Part shown: piece by piece, positions 8,342-17,672 of the stretch
Position numbering within the stretch: the first letter of the stretch is position 1
Layout: each line of letters begins with the position of its first letter
IMG/VR virus record: IMGVR_UViG_2537561825_000012
Direction: 5' to 3' (one strand)
Origin: a virus
Taxonomy: Duplodnaviria; Heunggongvirae; Uroviricota; Caudoviricetes
DNA: 37,368 nt
Translations under genes and position numbers: made by a program
The notes under the pieces: model-generated
Seen by the model: the letters and a program-made list of their open reading frames with translations, nothing else
The model's database searches: none
Told to the model about the DNA's origin: nothing

Positions 8342-9222
8342 ACACTCCTCGTCAGTATTCTGGCGGCCATTGCACTTAATTCCGGAGACATGCGGTTGAA
8401 TGCTGTGCCGGCGGCGTTAAGCTGCCCGGAAACGGTATCCAGAGCACCTGCAATATTTCTTTTGTCCACACCACTCAGCGCAGACTGTGCCTGCTGTACA
8501 TACGTGGCTGCTTCGCTGGCTGTTCTGGCCAGACTGATGGCATCGGGCATGGATTCAGAGAGTGCGTTAAACGCCGGAACACTTTTCCCCAGAGCCCCGG
8601 AGATATTACCCAGTCCGCTCATCAGCCCCGGCACACGGGTCAGTGCGACAACGGGGTTATCCTTCATTTTCTGTGTCACCCGAACGGCGCTGATAGTGGT
8701 CTGGAGTACAGACTGCGCCTGTTTCGCATAGTTGACGCCGTTGCGGATGAACTGCGCCACCCCTGAAGGTGAAGGTATGGCACCGGAGACCGCCCCGACA
8801 CCCGGGAGCTTCGTGCGTATTGCCGGTGGTTGCAGAGGATTTTTCGGGTCACCGGTGTATTCCCGGAGAGACACGGTGGCACTGACAGCCAGCACGTTGC
8901 CGGTACTGTCAGTCTGCTCGCTGGTTGCAGTCACATCGGTAATCACGAACCAGCCGCGATAGTCACCGTTGCCGAAGACCAGCGCCAGTGCCTGATGGGC
9001 TTTCATGGCTGTTCGCAGTCTCGCCAGCTCCACATCGGGTACACAATAATGCTGATGGAAAACCAGAGTTATCTGGATTTCGTCCAGCCTGTCGCCGACG
9101 AACTGCAGGCCAGGCTTACCCCCGATGCGGGCATGCTCCGCATAATCGACGCCGAACGTGGCCTCGAAGCCGTCCCAGTAGGTAATCAGCTCAAACTCAA
9201 TATCACCCAGTACGGCAAACAT
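8338..9222 (-). CDS. Tail/DNA-circulation protein (Mu N-like N-terminal domain)
   Basis: 294 aa ORF immediately downstream of the tape measure gene, overlapping its stop. Confidence 0.55.
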   Translation of the reverse strand: MFAVLGDIEFELITYWDGFEATFGVDYAEHARIGGKPGLQFVGDRLDEIQITLVFHQHYCVPDVELARLRTAMKAHQALALVFGNGDYRGWFVITDVTATSEQTDSTGNVLAVSATVSLREYTGDPKNPLQPPAIRTKLPGVGAVSGAIPSPSGVAQFIRNGVNYAKQAQSVLQTTISAVRVTQKMKDNPVVALTRVPGLMSGLGNISGALGKSVPAFNALSESMPDAISLARTASEAATYVQQAQSALSGVDKRNIAGALDTVSGQLNAAGTAFNRMSPELSAMAARILTRSV

Positions 9223-11912
9223 CAGCGGTACTCCTTACGTTGTTTCTGAGCCAGCAGACGCTCCAGCATTTTTTCCAGCTCATGCAGACTCATATTCAGG
9301 GCACCAGTCAGTCCTGCAGGCGCTGTGGTTTCCCTGCCATTGAGGAAAAACTGAGGATTAAAGCTGACCTGGATACCACCAGACGTTCCACCGCCGGTTG
9401 CAGCTGCACCACGGCCTGAATATCCGGCAGCCAGGATTTCAGGCGAGGGGATACGGGGAACATCCGGTGTCATCTCATTTGCCAGACGTTGCCCTGGTAA
9501 AATCGATGCCCGGGTGGAGAGCGGAATAGCGGGCATGGAAGACAAACTATTGATTACGGCTCCGATCGCATTTTTAGCAGACGACATAAACCCATTGATA
9601 TCGGGCAACGGCATACTGAAGCGAACACCTGAAGTGTTATCCCGTATTTCTGGCCCCTGGATGCTCACGGGCATTCTGGGGAGCAGTTCACTGGCCATTC
9701 GCTGCCCGGCCAGAGCTGCAAGCGGAGTGGTCCGCTGCAGGCCAATGGCGGCCCCCTGCGCGATATTGTCACCAAAGCCCATAAACACGCGGCTCGGCGA
9801 ATGAATGCCCAGCTTTTCGCTGACCCAGCCACTGATGCTGTCACCCATTCCGGTTACACTGGATTTGAGCGACTCCCATTTGTTTTTGATACCGTTAATC
9901 AGACCATCGACAAGATGGCCACCGAAGTCGGTAAACTTTGCCGGCAGATCAACACCAAGATATTTCAGCGCAGCTGCAAAGGCTTTATAGAGCAGGCCTG
10001 CCGGCGACCAGTTAATCAGTAACTTACCAATTCCCACAATGCCGCCGTTAAAGGCTTCCTGAATGTCTGCCCAGCGCTGTTTAAACCAGCCACTGACTGC
10101 CCCCCAGTTGCGGTAGATAAGGTAAGCTGCTGCCGCGACAGCGGTGATAACGAGACCGATGGGATTCATCATCAGCGCACGTCCAATCCAGAGAACAGCA
10201 CGTCCGGCGAGCATAATTCCGCGAACCAGCCCCCCGGAGAGCACGCCACTCAGTGTTCTGGCTCCTCTGGCGACGGCGCTAAATCCGGTCACCAGCCAGC
10301 GGAGCTTACCGCCTTGCCCCAGTGCGAGCGACAGACGAAGCCAGTTGGCCCGAAGTAAAACAGCATTTTTCCAGACACTTACAAAGGGGGAAATAAGGAG
10401 ATTCAGCCCCAGTTTGAGACCAACAGTCGCTATCTTAATCGCAAGGAGCGCACTGATGAGCTTAAAAGCCCCACTGACAAATTGCGGGTGAGTCGCTACC
10501 CAGTGTTTTGCCCCCTGAATGAGTGGAAGCAGTTCCTGAGTCAAAGAAATAAAAGATGGAGCTAATTGATCGCCCAGCGTAATTGCCAGATCGCGACTGC
10601 TGACCATAAGTGTTTTAGTGGCTTCAAGGGGAGATTTCAGCCGCTGATCATAAGCACTGGCAAGCAAATCGTTATCCGCAGCCCTGAGAGCACCGGCACG
10701 GATCTCTCGATATCTGTCCATGTTGGCCAGCATCGGGCGGATAAATGCCATGACCTGCATATCCGCGAACATATCGCCCAGACCAAAGTTTTTCGCCAGA
10801 GCCTGAAGTGCCTCATCTCTTGCCGTATCATTCTTTATTTTCATGGCTGATTTGAAGCCGGCCAGCGCTTCGGGGCTTTTGGCATTGAGGTAACGTTCTA
10901 TAACACTCAACATCCCTTCAATCGGAGAGATCCCCGCAGCTTTATAACTCGCAATAGATCCCTGCAAATCAATACCCAGATCAGCAAACTGTTTCTGAGT
11001 ATCGCGGGCAAAAATTTTGGTAAGAAAGTTTTTAAAATTATTGGCTGCTTCGTCGGTGGAACCTGCACCGATTTTTGCTATCTGGAGACTGGCCCCGATT
11101 TCAGCAACAGCCTCTTTTCCACTGGCAATCCCCGCCATCATTGGGGCCAGGGACTGCATCCACTTGACCTGATCCGGGATTTCAAATGACCCCTGGTCAC
11201 CGGCATAAGCCATAATATTCTGAACGGCACCAAAATCTCTGGCCGCACCTTTCAGGGAGTTTTGCCAGACTGCGGCCACTTTTGCCCAGTCCTGAGCAGA
11301 CGTGCGTGTTGCCGTTGCCGCGCGGGCAATATCCGGCATCAGAAAACCGATATCTGACACATTATCAATATTGTCGCTGATGAGTGAACCCACCGCCTCC
11401 TGCAGCTCATCCTGATACTGATTGTATTTAAGCGCCCAGCCTTTTATCTGTCCGGCAAGTCCATCCCGCGTTTTATTGTCATATTTTGCGGTGATCGACA
11501 TATCAATCATTTTGTCCTGAAAAGACATGGACTGCTGAACGGCAGGGGAAACCGTATGATAAACAGTCTGTGCCATGCCATACGCTTCAATCCCCTGACC
11601 ATACAGCGCCATGCGGTTAGCTTTCAGCGCATCACTGGTAGCGGATGCCGCTGACAGACGGCGCTGCTGGCGCTCAATTTGCTCCATGGTGCGGCTTACC
11701 CGCAGCAGCTCGCTGTTGAGATGCTGCATCCGGGAAGAACCCAGTTGACCATAACGTTCTGTTGCACGGGTTAAAGCGTTCTGACGTTCCTGCAGGCGGC
11801 GTGAGGTATCGCTCAGGGAATCAAGCGCACGGCGGGTACCGCTCATTGCAGAACGGAATGTGCTACCAATCATCCCGCCGATAACAACGCCGACTGAAAA
11901 CTGTCCCGACAT
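9222..11912 (-). CDS. Tail tape measure protein
   Basis: 896 aa, coiled-coil-rich N-terminus, Gly/Ala-rich hydrophobic middle; downstream of the frameshifted chaperone pair. Confidence 0.9.
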   Translation of the reverse strand: MSGQFSVGVVIGGMIGSTFRSAMSGTRRALDSLSDTSRRLQERQNALTRATERYGQLGSSRMQHLNSELLRVSRTMEQIERQQRRLSAASATSDALKANRMALYGQGIEAYGMAQTVYHTVSPAVQQSMSFQDKMIDMSITAKYDNKTRDGLAGQIKGWALKYNQYQDELQEAVGSLISDNIDNVSDIGFLMPDIARAATATRTSAQDWAKVAAVWQNSLKGAARDFGAVQNIMAYAGDQGSFEIPDQVKWMQSLAPMMAGIASGKEAVAEIGASLQIAKIGAGSTDEAANNFKNFLTKIFARDTQKQFADLGIDLQGSIASYKAAGISPIEGMLSVIERYLNAKSPEALAGFKSAMKIKNDTARDEALQALAKNFGLGDMFADMQVMAFIRPMLANMDRYREIRAGALRAADNDLLASAYDQRLKSPLEATKTLMVSSRDLAITLGDQLAPSFISLTQELLPLIQGAKHWVATHPQFVSGAFKLISALLAIKIATVGLKLGLNLLISPFVSVWKNAVLLRANWLRLSLALGQGGKLRWLVTGFSAVARGARTLSGVLSGGLVRGIMLAGRAVLWIGRALMMNPIGLVITAVAAAAYLIYRNWGAVSGWFKQRWADIQEAFNGGIVGIGKLLINWSPAGLLYKAFAAALKYLGVDLPAKFTDFGGHLVDGLINGIKNKWESLKSSVTGMGDSISGWVSEKLGIHSPSRVFMGFGDNIAQGAAIGLQRTTPLAALAGQRMASELLPRMPVSIQGPEIRDNTSGVRFSMPLPDINGFMSSAKNAIGAVINSLSSMPAIPLSTRASILPGQRLANEMTPDVPRIPSPEILAAGYSGRGAAATGGGTSGGIQVSFNPQFFLNGRETTAPAGLTGALNMSLHELEKMLERLLAQKQRKEYR

Positions 11913-11987
11913 AGTGGTTAACCTCCGGGGAAGGTGAAAAGACGTGAGGGGATAACGCAGAACAGCCGCTACTGGCGGCTGTCTGTA

Positions 11988-12245
11988 CTATGATTTGTCG
12001 CCGTACTCGCTTTTTATTTGCTCTTCAGCCTGCTCCAGCCACATCTCCAGATCGTCAGTATCGAGGGCATCAATCTCCCCCGGCTGAAACCGGAACCATC
12101 TCGCCAGCAGCCCCTGCGCCTGCGTCAGCGCCCTAGTTGCTCTCACCCATCCCCGTGATGAGCTGAAATCGTTTCTGTAACTGCAGGTAATCAGCCAGAT
12201 CCATATTGTCGAGATCTTCCGGGAGAAGACCAGTACTGCGGGCAA
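11988..12245 (-). CDS. Out-of-frame extension ORF of the tail assembly chaperone (E'-like), presumably expressed by programmed frameshift
   Basis: Open frame overlapping the 3' end of the chaperone ORF in the +1 (equivalently -2) frame, ending 75 bp before the tape measure start; the -1 frame is closed by stops. Confidence 0.55.
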   Translation of the reverse strand: MPAVLVFSRKISTIWIWLITCSYRNDFSSSRGWVRATRALTQAQGLLARWFRFQPGEIDALDTDDLEMWLEQAEEQIKSEYGDKS

Positions 12246-12405
12246 TCAGCGGTTCGTCCCAGTCTGCCGGGTTTTTGCTGATTTTGCGCACCTGCTTCAG
12301 GTCTTTTACCGTCAGGCGTTTCAGTTCAACCTGCTCAATTCTGGTGCCTGCAGCAGTGGTGAAGGGATAAGACAATTTAAAAGTATCGGATGGGGTCTGT
12401 GACAT
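12133..12405 (-). CDS. Tail assembly chaperone (P2 gpE-like)
   Basis: 90 aa ORF between tube and tape measure genes; C-terminal DYLQLQKRFQLI-type motif. Confidence 0.7.
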   Translation of the reverse strand: MSQTPSDTFKLSYPFTTAAGTRIEQVELKRLTVKDLKQVRKISKNPADWDEPLIARSTGLLPEDLDNMDLADYLQLQKRFQLITGMGESN

Positions 12406-12485
12406 GATTGTGCTCCTGTGTAAGTTCAGGGCAGTATGTCGGGAGAAGCGCGTGACGGATATTAAAGGAGATTAAGAAGAAGGGG

Positions 12486-12499
12486 CCGGAGCCCCTGTG
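12486..12499 (-). terminator. Candidate intrinsic terminator between tail tube and chaperone genes
   Basis: GGGGC-CGGA-GCCCC stem-loop followed on the minus strand by UUCUUCUUAAUCUCCUUU. Confidence 0.45.
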
Positions 12500-12502
12500 A
12501 TG

Positions 12503-12730
12503 TCAGCAAGTGCGAAACCCCTTGCAGTTACGCAGGAAAGCGATGAGAAGCGTCTTTCCCTCAGATTTGCCGGTGCCGGAGAACCAGTGGTCGGGAGGCT
12601 CCCATGCTTCAATCAAATCCGCCAGTTTGCGGGCCTTTGAACGTGTGCAGTCAATCGGGTCATTGGTTTTACGGGTATTAAAAAGGGTTTCCACCCCCCG
12701 GAATATCAAGGAGGGTAAACCACGTACCAT
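12503..12730 (-). CDS. Small hypothetical ORF between tube gene and terminator
   Basis: 75-aa ORF from an internal ATG; weak RBS; could be non-coding leader. Confidence 0.25.
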   Translation of the reverse strand: MVRGLPSLIFRGVETLFNTRKTNDPIDCTRSKARKLADLIEAWEPPDHWFSGTGKSEGKTLLIAFLRNCKGFRTC

Positions 12731-12787
12731 TTGACATGCCCAGTGCCGCACATCGTCTTCCTTTATCCGTCAGTTCAACACTCATCG

Positions 12788-13309
12788 TCAGCCCCCGATA
12801 TTGATACGGTAGTCAGTCAGTTGATCAACACCGCCGACCCGGAAGATGTTGGCCAGATAGTCCAGTTGCAGCAGCTCTTCACCATCCAGTACCTGTCTGA
12901 TATACGTGCAGGTGAAGCTACTGGAGAACTCGGCGTTCTCGTGCTGTTTGAACGTCCCCAGAGGGTTCTTCTTGAACATAATCGTCAGGAAGGTGACCAG
13001 CGGGATTTCGTCAATCAGCCCCTGCGAGCTGTAGCGCTGGACGCTGGAACGACACTGCAGTGCCAGCGACCTGTACGGGTTAGCGGCAGACAGCATCGCA
13101 TCGCGGTAAAAGCTGTTCCATTTGATTTCGCCTTCCAGTTTGTCAAAACCAGCCGGGAGTTCCACCTTACCCACCATCCCCAGCGCCTTGTGTTCCTGCA
13201 TAATCATGGAGACATCGGGGAGTTTAACTTCCTCAGCCCGTCCCAGCAGGTTAGTACCATCCAGATAGATGTTGGCATTCGTGATGCGGTTTATCTCAAT
13301 CTTTGACAT
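12788..13309 (-). CDS. Major tail tube protein (P2 FII-like)
   Basis: 173 aa; directly follows the sheath gene. Confidence 0.8.
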   Translation of the reverse strand: MSKIEINRITNANIYLDGTNLLGRAEEVKLPDVSMIMQEHKALGMVGKVELPAGFDKLEGEIKWNSFYRDAMLSAANPYRSLALQCRSSVQRYSSQGLIDEIPLVTFLTIMFKKNPLGTFKQHENAEFSSSFTCTYIRQVLDGEELLQLDYLANIFRVGGVDQLTDYRINIGG

Positions 13310-14736
13310 CAGTTGCCCCCTTTCAGGGTTAACAGGTATTCCGAGGTGATCTCAGTCTCAAACGTCAGTCGCTCCAGCGGCGGTGGTGGCGTATATTTGT
13401 AGCTCAGCAACAGGTGCCCGGCGGCCAGCTCCGTCTCCGGATTGCGGGCCGGATCAAACCAGCAACGGAAGCCCAGTACCGCACCATCACCAGTCATTTT
13501 GCGACCGTAGGCGTTGACCGACTCCGTCAGTGCATCAATCAGCGCCTGAGTAATCGGCATGTCGATGTACTGCTGGCTGAAATAACGAATGGACTCGTTG
13601 ATCACATCACCGGGGCGGCGAACGTTCTCAAAGTTACGCATATGGGTGACCGTTGGCCATGCTGCCGTCCGGTTACCCCACAGACGAAGGCCGCTGCCGT
13701 AACTGCTGAATACCGTGGTGATCCCCTGTTCGTTAAGCAGGTTTACCTCACTCTGCGGGTCATCAATCATCGCGGACAGCTGGCGCTCCACGCCGGTGAT
13801 CCCCAGAATCTCCTGATTGGAGGATGACCACCAGTAGCCCTTGTCCAGATCGACTCTGGCACGCAGACCTGCTGCACGCTGGCTGAGCGGCTCCAGACGC
13901 TCTGTGTTTGTCACCGGGTCATATACCTTCACATGCGGATAGCACAGACGGACGCGGTCGGAGCTGGTATTGAAGTTGATGGTGCCTTCCGGGCCACGAC
14001 CTGCCAGAGCCTGTGCAAAGGTGGTACCGACAGGCGCATCAATGTAGGTTACCGCGCCCAGCTTCTCTGCCATGGCGATAAGCTCAACTGCGACACTCTT
14101 CTGGGTGCAGAACACCGGCGCAATCAGAATTTTGGCGAAATAGCCGTACAGGTTGAAGCTGTCGTTAAGCAGCTTCATGCCGGTTCGGTTTCCGGCGCTG
14201 TTCACCCCGCCGATGATGTCCGCCGCAGTCACCTTCGACGGGTCCGCGTACTCATAGCTCACCTTCACGCTGCCACCGGCCTCAATAGCCTTGCCCAGGT
14301 TCGTGAGCACACCCGCCTGCGCATCAACACGGTAGTCCGTGTTCGCCGTGTGGGTGGTGCTGCCTTCACTGTTTTTCACCACCACATTAGCGACAACCGG
14401 ATGCGCCAGTCTGGCCTGCCCTGTCGATTTGTCAAAGGTAACCACCTCATCCTCGATCGCCGTTTTATGTTTCGCCGGGTCGAGGACGTTAATGACCAGA
14501 ACGGTGCCTGCACCATGGTCATAAATCGCATCCAGCGCCTGCGGAATGGTAAAGCCGGTGAACTGGCTGCCAAATGCCGCTGCGTCTTTCTCAGACAGGC
14601 ACTGTACCAGCGTATTGACATCCCCCATCGGGGCGGTACCAATCAGGCCAATAACGGCAGATTTCACCGTTTTAACCGGGCGGGCTCCGTTTTCCACCTC
14701 AATGGTTTCGGGACCATGCAGATAGTTAGCTGCCAT
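13309..14736 (-). CDS. Tail sheath protein (P2 FI / Mu L-like)
   Basis: 475 aa; sheath-tube gene pair. Confidence 0.85.
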   Translation of the reverse strand: MAANYLHGPETIEVENGARPVKTVKSAVIGLIGTAPMGDVNTLVQCLSEKDAAAFGSQFTGFTIPQALDAIYDHGAGTVLVINVLDPAKHKTAIEDEVVTFDKSTGQARLAHPVVANVVVKNSEGSTTHTANTDYRVDAQAGVLTNLGKAIEAGGSVKVSYEYADPSKVTAADIIGGVNSAGNRTGMKLLNDSFNLYGYFAKILIAPVFCTQKSVAVELIAMAEKLGAVTYIDAPVGTTFAQALAGRGPEGTINFNTSSDRVRLCYPHVKVYDPVTNTERLEPLSQRAAGLRARVDLDKGYWWSSSNQEILGITGVERQLSAMIDDPQSEVNLLNEQGITTVFSSYGSGLRLWGNRTAAWPTVTHMRNFENVRRPGDVINESIRYFSQQYIDMPITQALIDALTESVNAYGRKMTGDGAVLGFRCWFDPARNPETELAAGHLLLSYKYTPPPPLERLTFETEITSEYLLTLKGGN

Positions 14737-14980
14737 GGGCGTCCTCCGTTTTCACTTCGCTGTCACTGCTGCTTCTGCGCTTTGGTGACTGCACAGCCGG
14801 TGTGACGGCGGGTTTAGTATCTTCTGGTACCGGCGTCAGATGCTTCAGCGCCACCAGTACCTTCACGTAGTCATGCTCCTCCGGCAGGGAAACCGCCTTC
14901 CCCGGCCAGAGCAGGATTTCGGTTCCGTCCGACAGCGTGACGCCGCTGGCCGGGCCGGAATAGCGGTATGCTTTCATCAC
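14726..14980 (-). CDS. Small hypothetical protein (Mu gp38 position)
   Basis: 84 aa ORF between the gp37-like and sheath genes. Confidence 0.45.
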   Translation of the reverse strand: MMKAYRYSGPASGVTLSDGTEILLWPGKAVSLPEEHDYVKVLVALKHLTPVPEDTKPAVTPAVQSPKRRSSSDSEVKTEDAHGS

Positions 14981-15441
14981 TCGCTTTCCTCATAGTTCAC
15001 TTCGGTTAACAGCGGGCCGGACGGTAAATCGCTGTCTTCGATAAAGATGCTTTCAGTCGCGAAGTCGAGGGCGTATTGCCACAGCCCCCTGACTTCACCG
15101 ATAAACACCTCGCGGGTCAGCCAGATACGGCGGCGGCAGCCGGGCGGGGTGTGGCCACCGAGAATGCGGCGGACAGCATCCAGGACATTAATCGCCCCTT
15201 TTTTACCGTTGAGCTGGCGGAAGACCACCGTGACGCAGAGCTGGATAGTCTGAGACTGGATCACCGCACCGGTATCATCCGGCCTGTCAAAGCGCGAACC
15301 GGCATAGCTCAGCAGCAACGCGCCAACCGGATGGTTCAGGCGATATTCAGCCGGTTTCTCCGGGAAGTACTCCACCTGCAGTTGCGGCAGCTTCTCGCGT
15401 AACCGGGCCAGTACCGCATCAAGGACGGGCAGAACGTTCAT
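14977..15441 (-). CDS. Mu gp37-like protein (head-tail joining region)
   Basis: 154 aa, start overlaps upstream stop; position after the gp36-like gene. Confidence 0.55.
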   Translation of the reverse strand: MNVLPVLDAVLARLREKLPQLQVEYFPEKPAEYRLNHPVGALLLSYAGSRFDRPDDTGAVIQSQTIQLCVTVVFRQLNGKKGAINVLDAVRRILGGHTPPGCRRRIWLTREVFIGEVRGLWQYALDFATESIFIEDSDLPSGPLLTEVNYEESE

Positions 15442-15887
15442 CAGTATTTCTCCAGTAAACCGTCACGACCGCCGAAAGTGGCCGGGCGACTGCGTACACG
15501 AAACTCGCCAGGCTCAGGCACATCTTTCTGAGTGGACGGCAGCCCCAGCGTGAGCCTGTTATCACGTAACTCCCTGAGTTGCCGCAGCGCTTCTTTGTGG
15601 TCATCCTTCACCGTATCCGGGAGGTCACCTTCCGGGCGGCGGGCGTAGAGCCGGTAACGGACCAGCGTGATGGCAATGTCCCGCAGAACAGTCGGTATCT
15701 CTGCCAGTGGCAGGATATAGCGTCCGCGCAGATGGGCATCAATCAGCTCGTCGGCATAGCGGATACAGCTGTCCACCACACGGGTATTCACTGTTGCAGG
15801 CGAGTCGAAGTCCATCTCTTCACTGGTGAGCTCGATAAGCGTCCGCTCCGGCACCTGCGCAAGCAAATCCTCCAGGGTGCAGTACAT
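15441..15887 (-). CDS. Mu gp36-like head-tail connector/completion protein
   Basis: 148 aa from the internal ATG (MYCTLEDLL...) that abuts the upstream gene stop; the ORF-track extension to 16049 overlaps the previous gene. Confidence 0.55.
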   Translation of the reverse strand: MYCTLEDLLAQVPERTLIELTSEEMDFDSPATVNTRVVDSCIRYADELIDAHLRGRYILPLAEIPTVLRDIAITLVRYRLYARRPEGDLPDTVKDDHKEALRQLRELRDNRLTLGLPSTQKDVPEPGEFRVRSRPATFGGRDGLLEKY

Positions 15888-15888
15888 G

Positions 15889-16227
15889 TCACACCCCGCG
15901 CAGGATACGAATGACGTCGCCTTCCCCCCCGGCTTCATCAAGTGCAATACCACAGGATTTACCGTCGCCGGACTGCGGCACGGCTCTGGCCTGAGCATCT
16001 GACTGAACAGCCACACCACGGCTGACAGCGGCCCCGGCCTCGACAGCAATAATGCCCAGAACGCTCACCGGCGTGCTGTCGCCGGTAACAGCATCCACTT
16101 CGGCAACCCCGAGCGCTGCGGCACCGGCTTTACAGGGGGTATTATCTGCCCCGACAAAACGCTGCTGTGCCAGTGCTGCCCCTGCCGTTACGGTTGTGAT
16201 CAGAATGACCTGCTGAGTGGTTCCCAT
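15889..16227 (-). CDS. Small Ala/Gly/Val-rich head-associated protein
   Basis: 112 aa ORF immediately downstream of the major capsid gene. Confidence 0.5.
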   Translation of the reverse strand: MGTTQQVILITTVTAGAALAQQRFVGADNTPCKAGAAALGVAEVDAVTGDSTPVSVLGIIAVEAGAAVSRGVAVQSDAQARAVPQSGDGKSCGIALDEAGGEGDVIRILRGV

Positions 16228-16236
16228 AACGCCTCC

Positions 16237-17190
16237 TTATTTACTGATACCGGTAATGAGATACCCGGCATCGCCACCAACCACGGCGACTTTGTAGATA
16301 TCGGTATAACGGCAGTACTTCACCTTGCCACCGGCTCCGTCGTATTTGTCGGCAACAGGCATCCCCTTACGACGCAGGGTGTAGCCGAAGGACGGCTCGT
16401 TCTCGTCCGCGCTGTCCGCCCCCGGCTGCGGTTTGCCGACATAGTGCAGCATCAGATTGTCTCCCCAGATATCCGCCGGCACGCTGTTCTTATCCATTGC
16501 CGCTTTCATGGACGGCAGGGAGACTGGGGCACCGATGACGATCTCTTCGATCTGAAAGAGGTCCTGCAGGATTTCTGTGGTGATGCGCTTGCGTTCGTTG
16601 GCTCCGATGGCGGCCTGAATCGCCGGGTGGAACTTCAGCAGCGCCATCACGCCGGCCCCCATGGTCATCAGGTTAGGACGCAGCCCCGTGGCCGTACGGA
16701 CCGCTTCCATACCGGCTTCAATCACCCCGATGGGGTCCCCCTTACCACCGACCCAGCGATCACTGGCTGTCAGTTTTTTGACGTGCCCGGTACGGTAGAC
16801 CTTTTCATCCTGAGCCAGACGGGCAGCGATAAGTTCACGGCGCAGGTTCACGCCATTCGTGGCGCGACGGATGGCCTTGCTCTCTTCGTTAAACATGGAC
16901 TCCGCCTGCTCGCGATAGTCCACCGGCGCAGCCAGATCGTGTTCACCCAGCACCAGGTCCAGCGTGCCTGTTTTTTCACGAACCAGAACATTGCTGTCCG
17001 CCCCGACGGCACGCTCGGTGTCATATTCCACAAAGGCGGTTTTCCCGAAGGTCGGTACACGCACGCCTTCCTTGTCCGTCAGCACGACGGGGAAAATACG
17101 TTCGCCGATGAATGCGGCATTTTTATAGCCACGGGCGATACTGGTCAGTACCGGATCAACGACACGTTTACCTTTTAAGTAATCAGACAT
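16237..17190 (-). CDS. Major capsid protein (Mu T-like)
   Basis: 317 aa; follows the protease/scaffold gene as in Mu (I-Z-T). Confidence 0.85.
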   Translation of the reverse strand: MSDYLKGKRVVDPVLTSIARGYKNAAFIGERIFPVVLTDKEGVRVPTFGKTAFVEYDTERAVGADSNVLVREKTGTLDLVLGEHDLAAPVDYREQAESMFNEESKAIRRATNGVNLRRELIAARLAQDEKVYRTGHVKKLTASDRWVGGKGDPIGVIEAGMEAVRTATGLRPNLMTMGAGVMALLKFHPAIQAAIGANERKRITTEILQDLFQIEEIVIGAPVSLPSMKAAMDKNSVPADIWGDNLMLHYVGKPQPGADSADENEPSFGYTLRRKGMPVADKYDGAGGKVKYCRYTDIYKVAVVGGDAGYLITGISK

Positions 17191-17204
17191 GCTCTCTCCT
17201 TAAA

Positions 17205-17672
17205 TTACAGGCAGCGTGCGACAGCAGCCTCATAGCTGATGCCTTCTTTTTTGGACAGGGCCACTGCTTTCTGATGCAGGGCCAGACGCTCAGGATCGGC
17301 TTCCGCAAACTCTGCCACATCCCCCTTCACCGTGTCGCCGACACGCTCTTTTGTGGCCTGTTCGGCGAAATTCATCACCGGCTCCCCGTCGGAGAGCAAT
17401 GAACGAAAGGCGGTGGCCAGCGGTGTGCGGCTTTCCCCCTCAGCAAACTCCACCGGCTTGTCGCCACCGGCGACGGCATCCAGCAGGGCAACCACCACGG
17501 AGGAGGCGCGGGGAGCCAGACGGCCCTCTGCGACCAGTTTTTCTGCAAAGGCCACATTGTCCTTATGCAGTTGCTCCTGTCTGACCTGTGCATCACGCGC
17601 ATCGCGATCAGCAGCCTGCTGCTTCAGGCGGCGGTTCTCCTCCTGAAGGGCTTCAATCTCTTCTTTTGTCAT
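17205..17672 (-). CDS. Nested in-frame scaffold protein (Mu Z-like) from an internal start in the I-like gene
   Basis: In-frame ATG at 17672-17670 (MTKEEIEALQ...) preceded by GAGGAA 6 nt upstream. Confidence 0.4.
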   Translation of the reverse strand: MTKEEIEALQEENRRLKQQAADRDARDAQVRQEQLHKDNVAFAEKLVAEGRLAPRASSVVVALLDAVAGGDKPVEFAEGESRTPLATAFRSLLSDGEPVMNFAEQATKERVGDTVKGDVAEFAEADPERLALHQKAVALSKKEGISYEAAVARCL

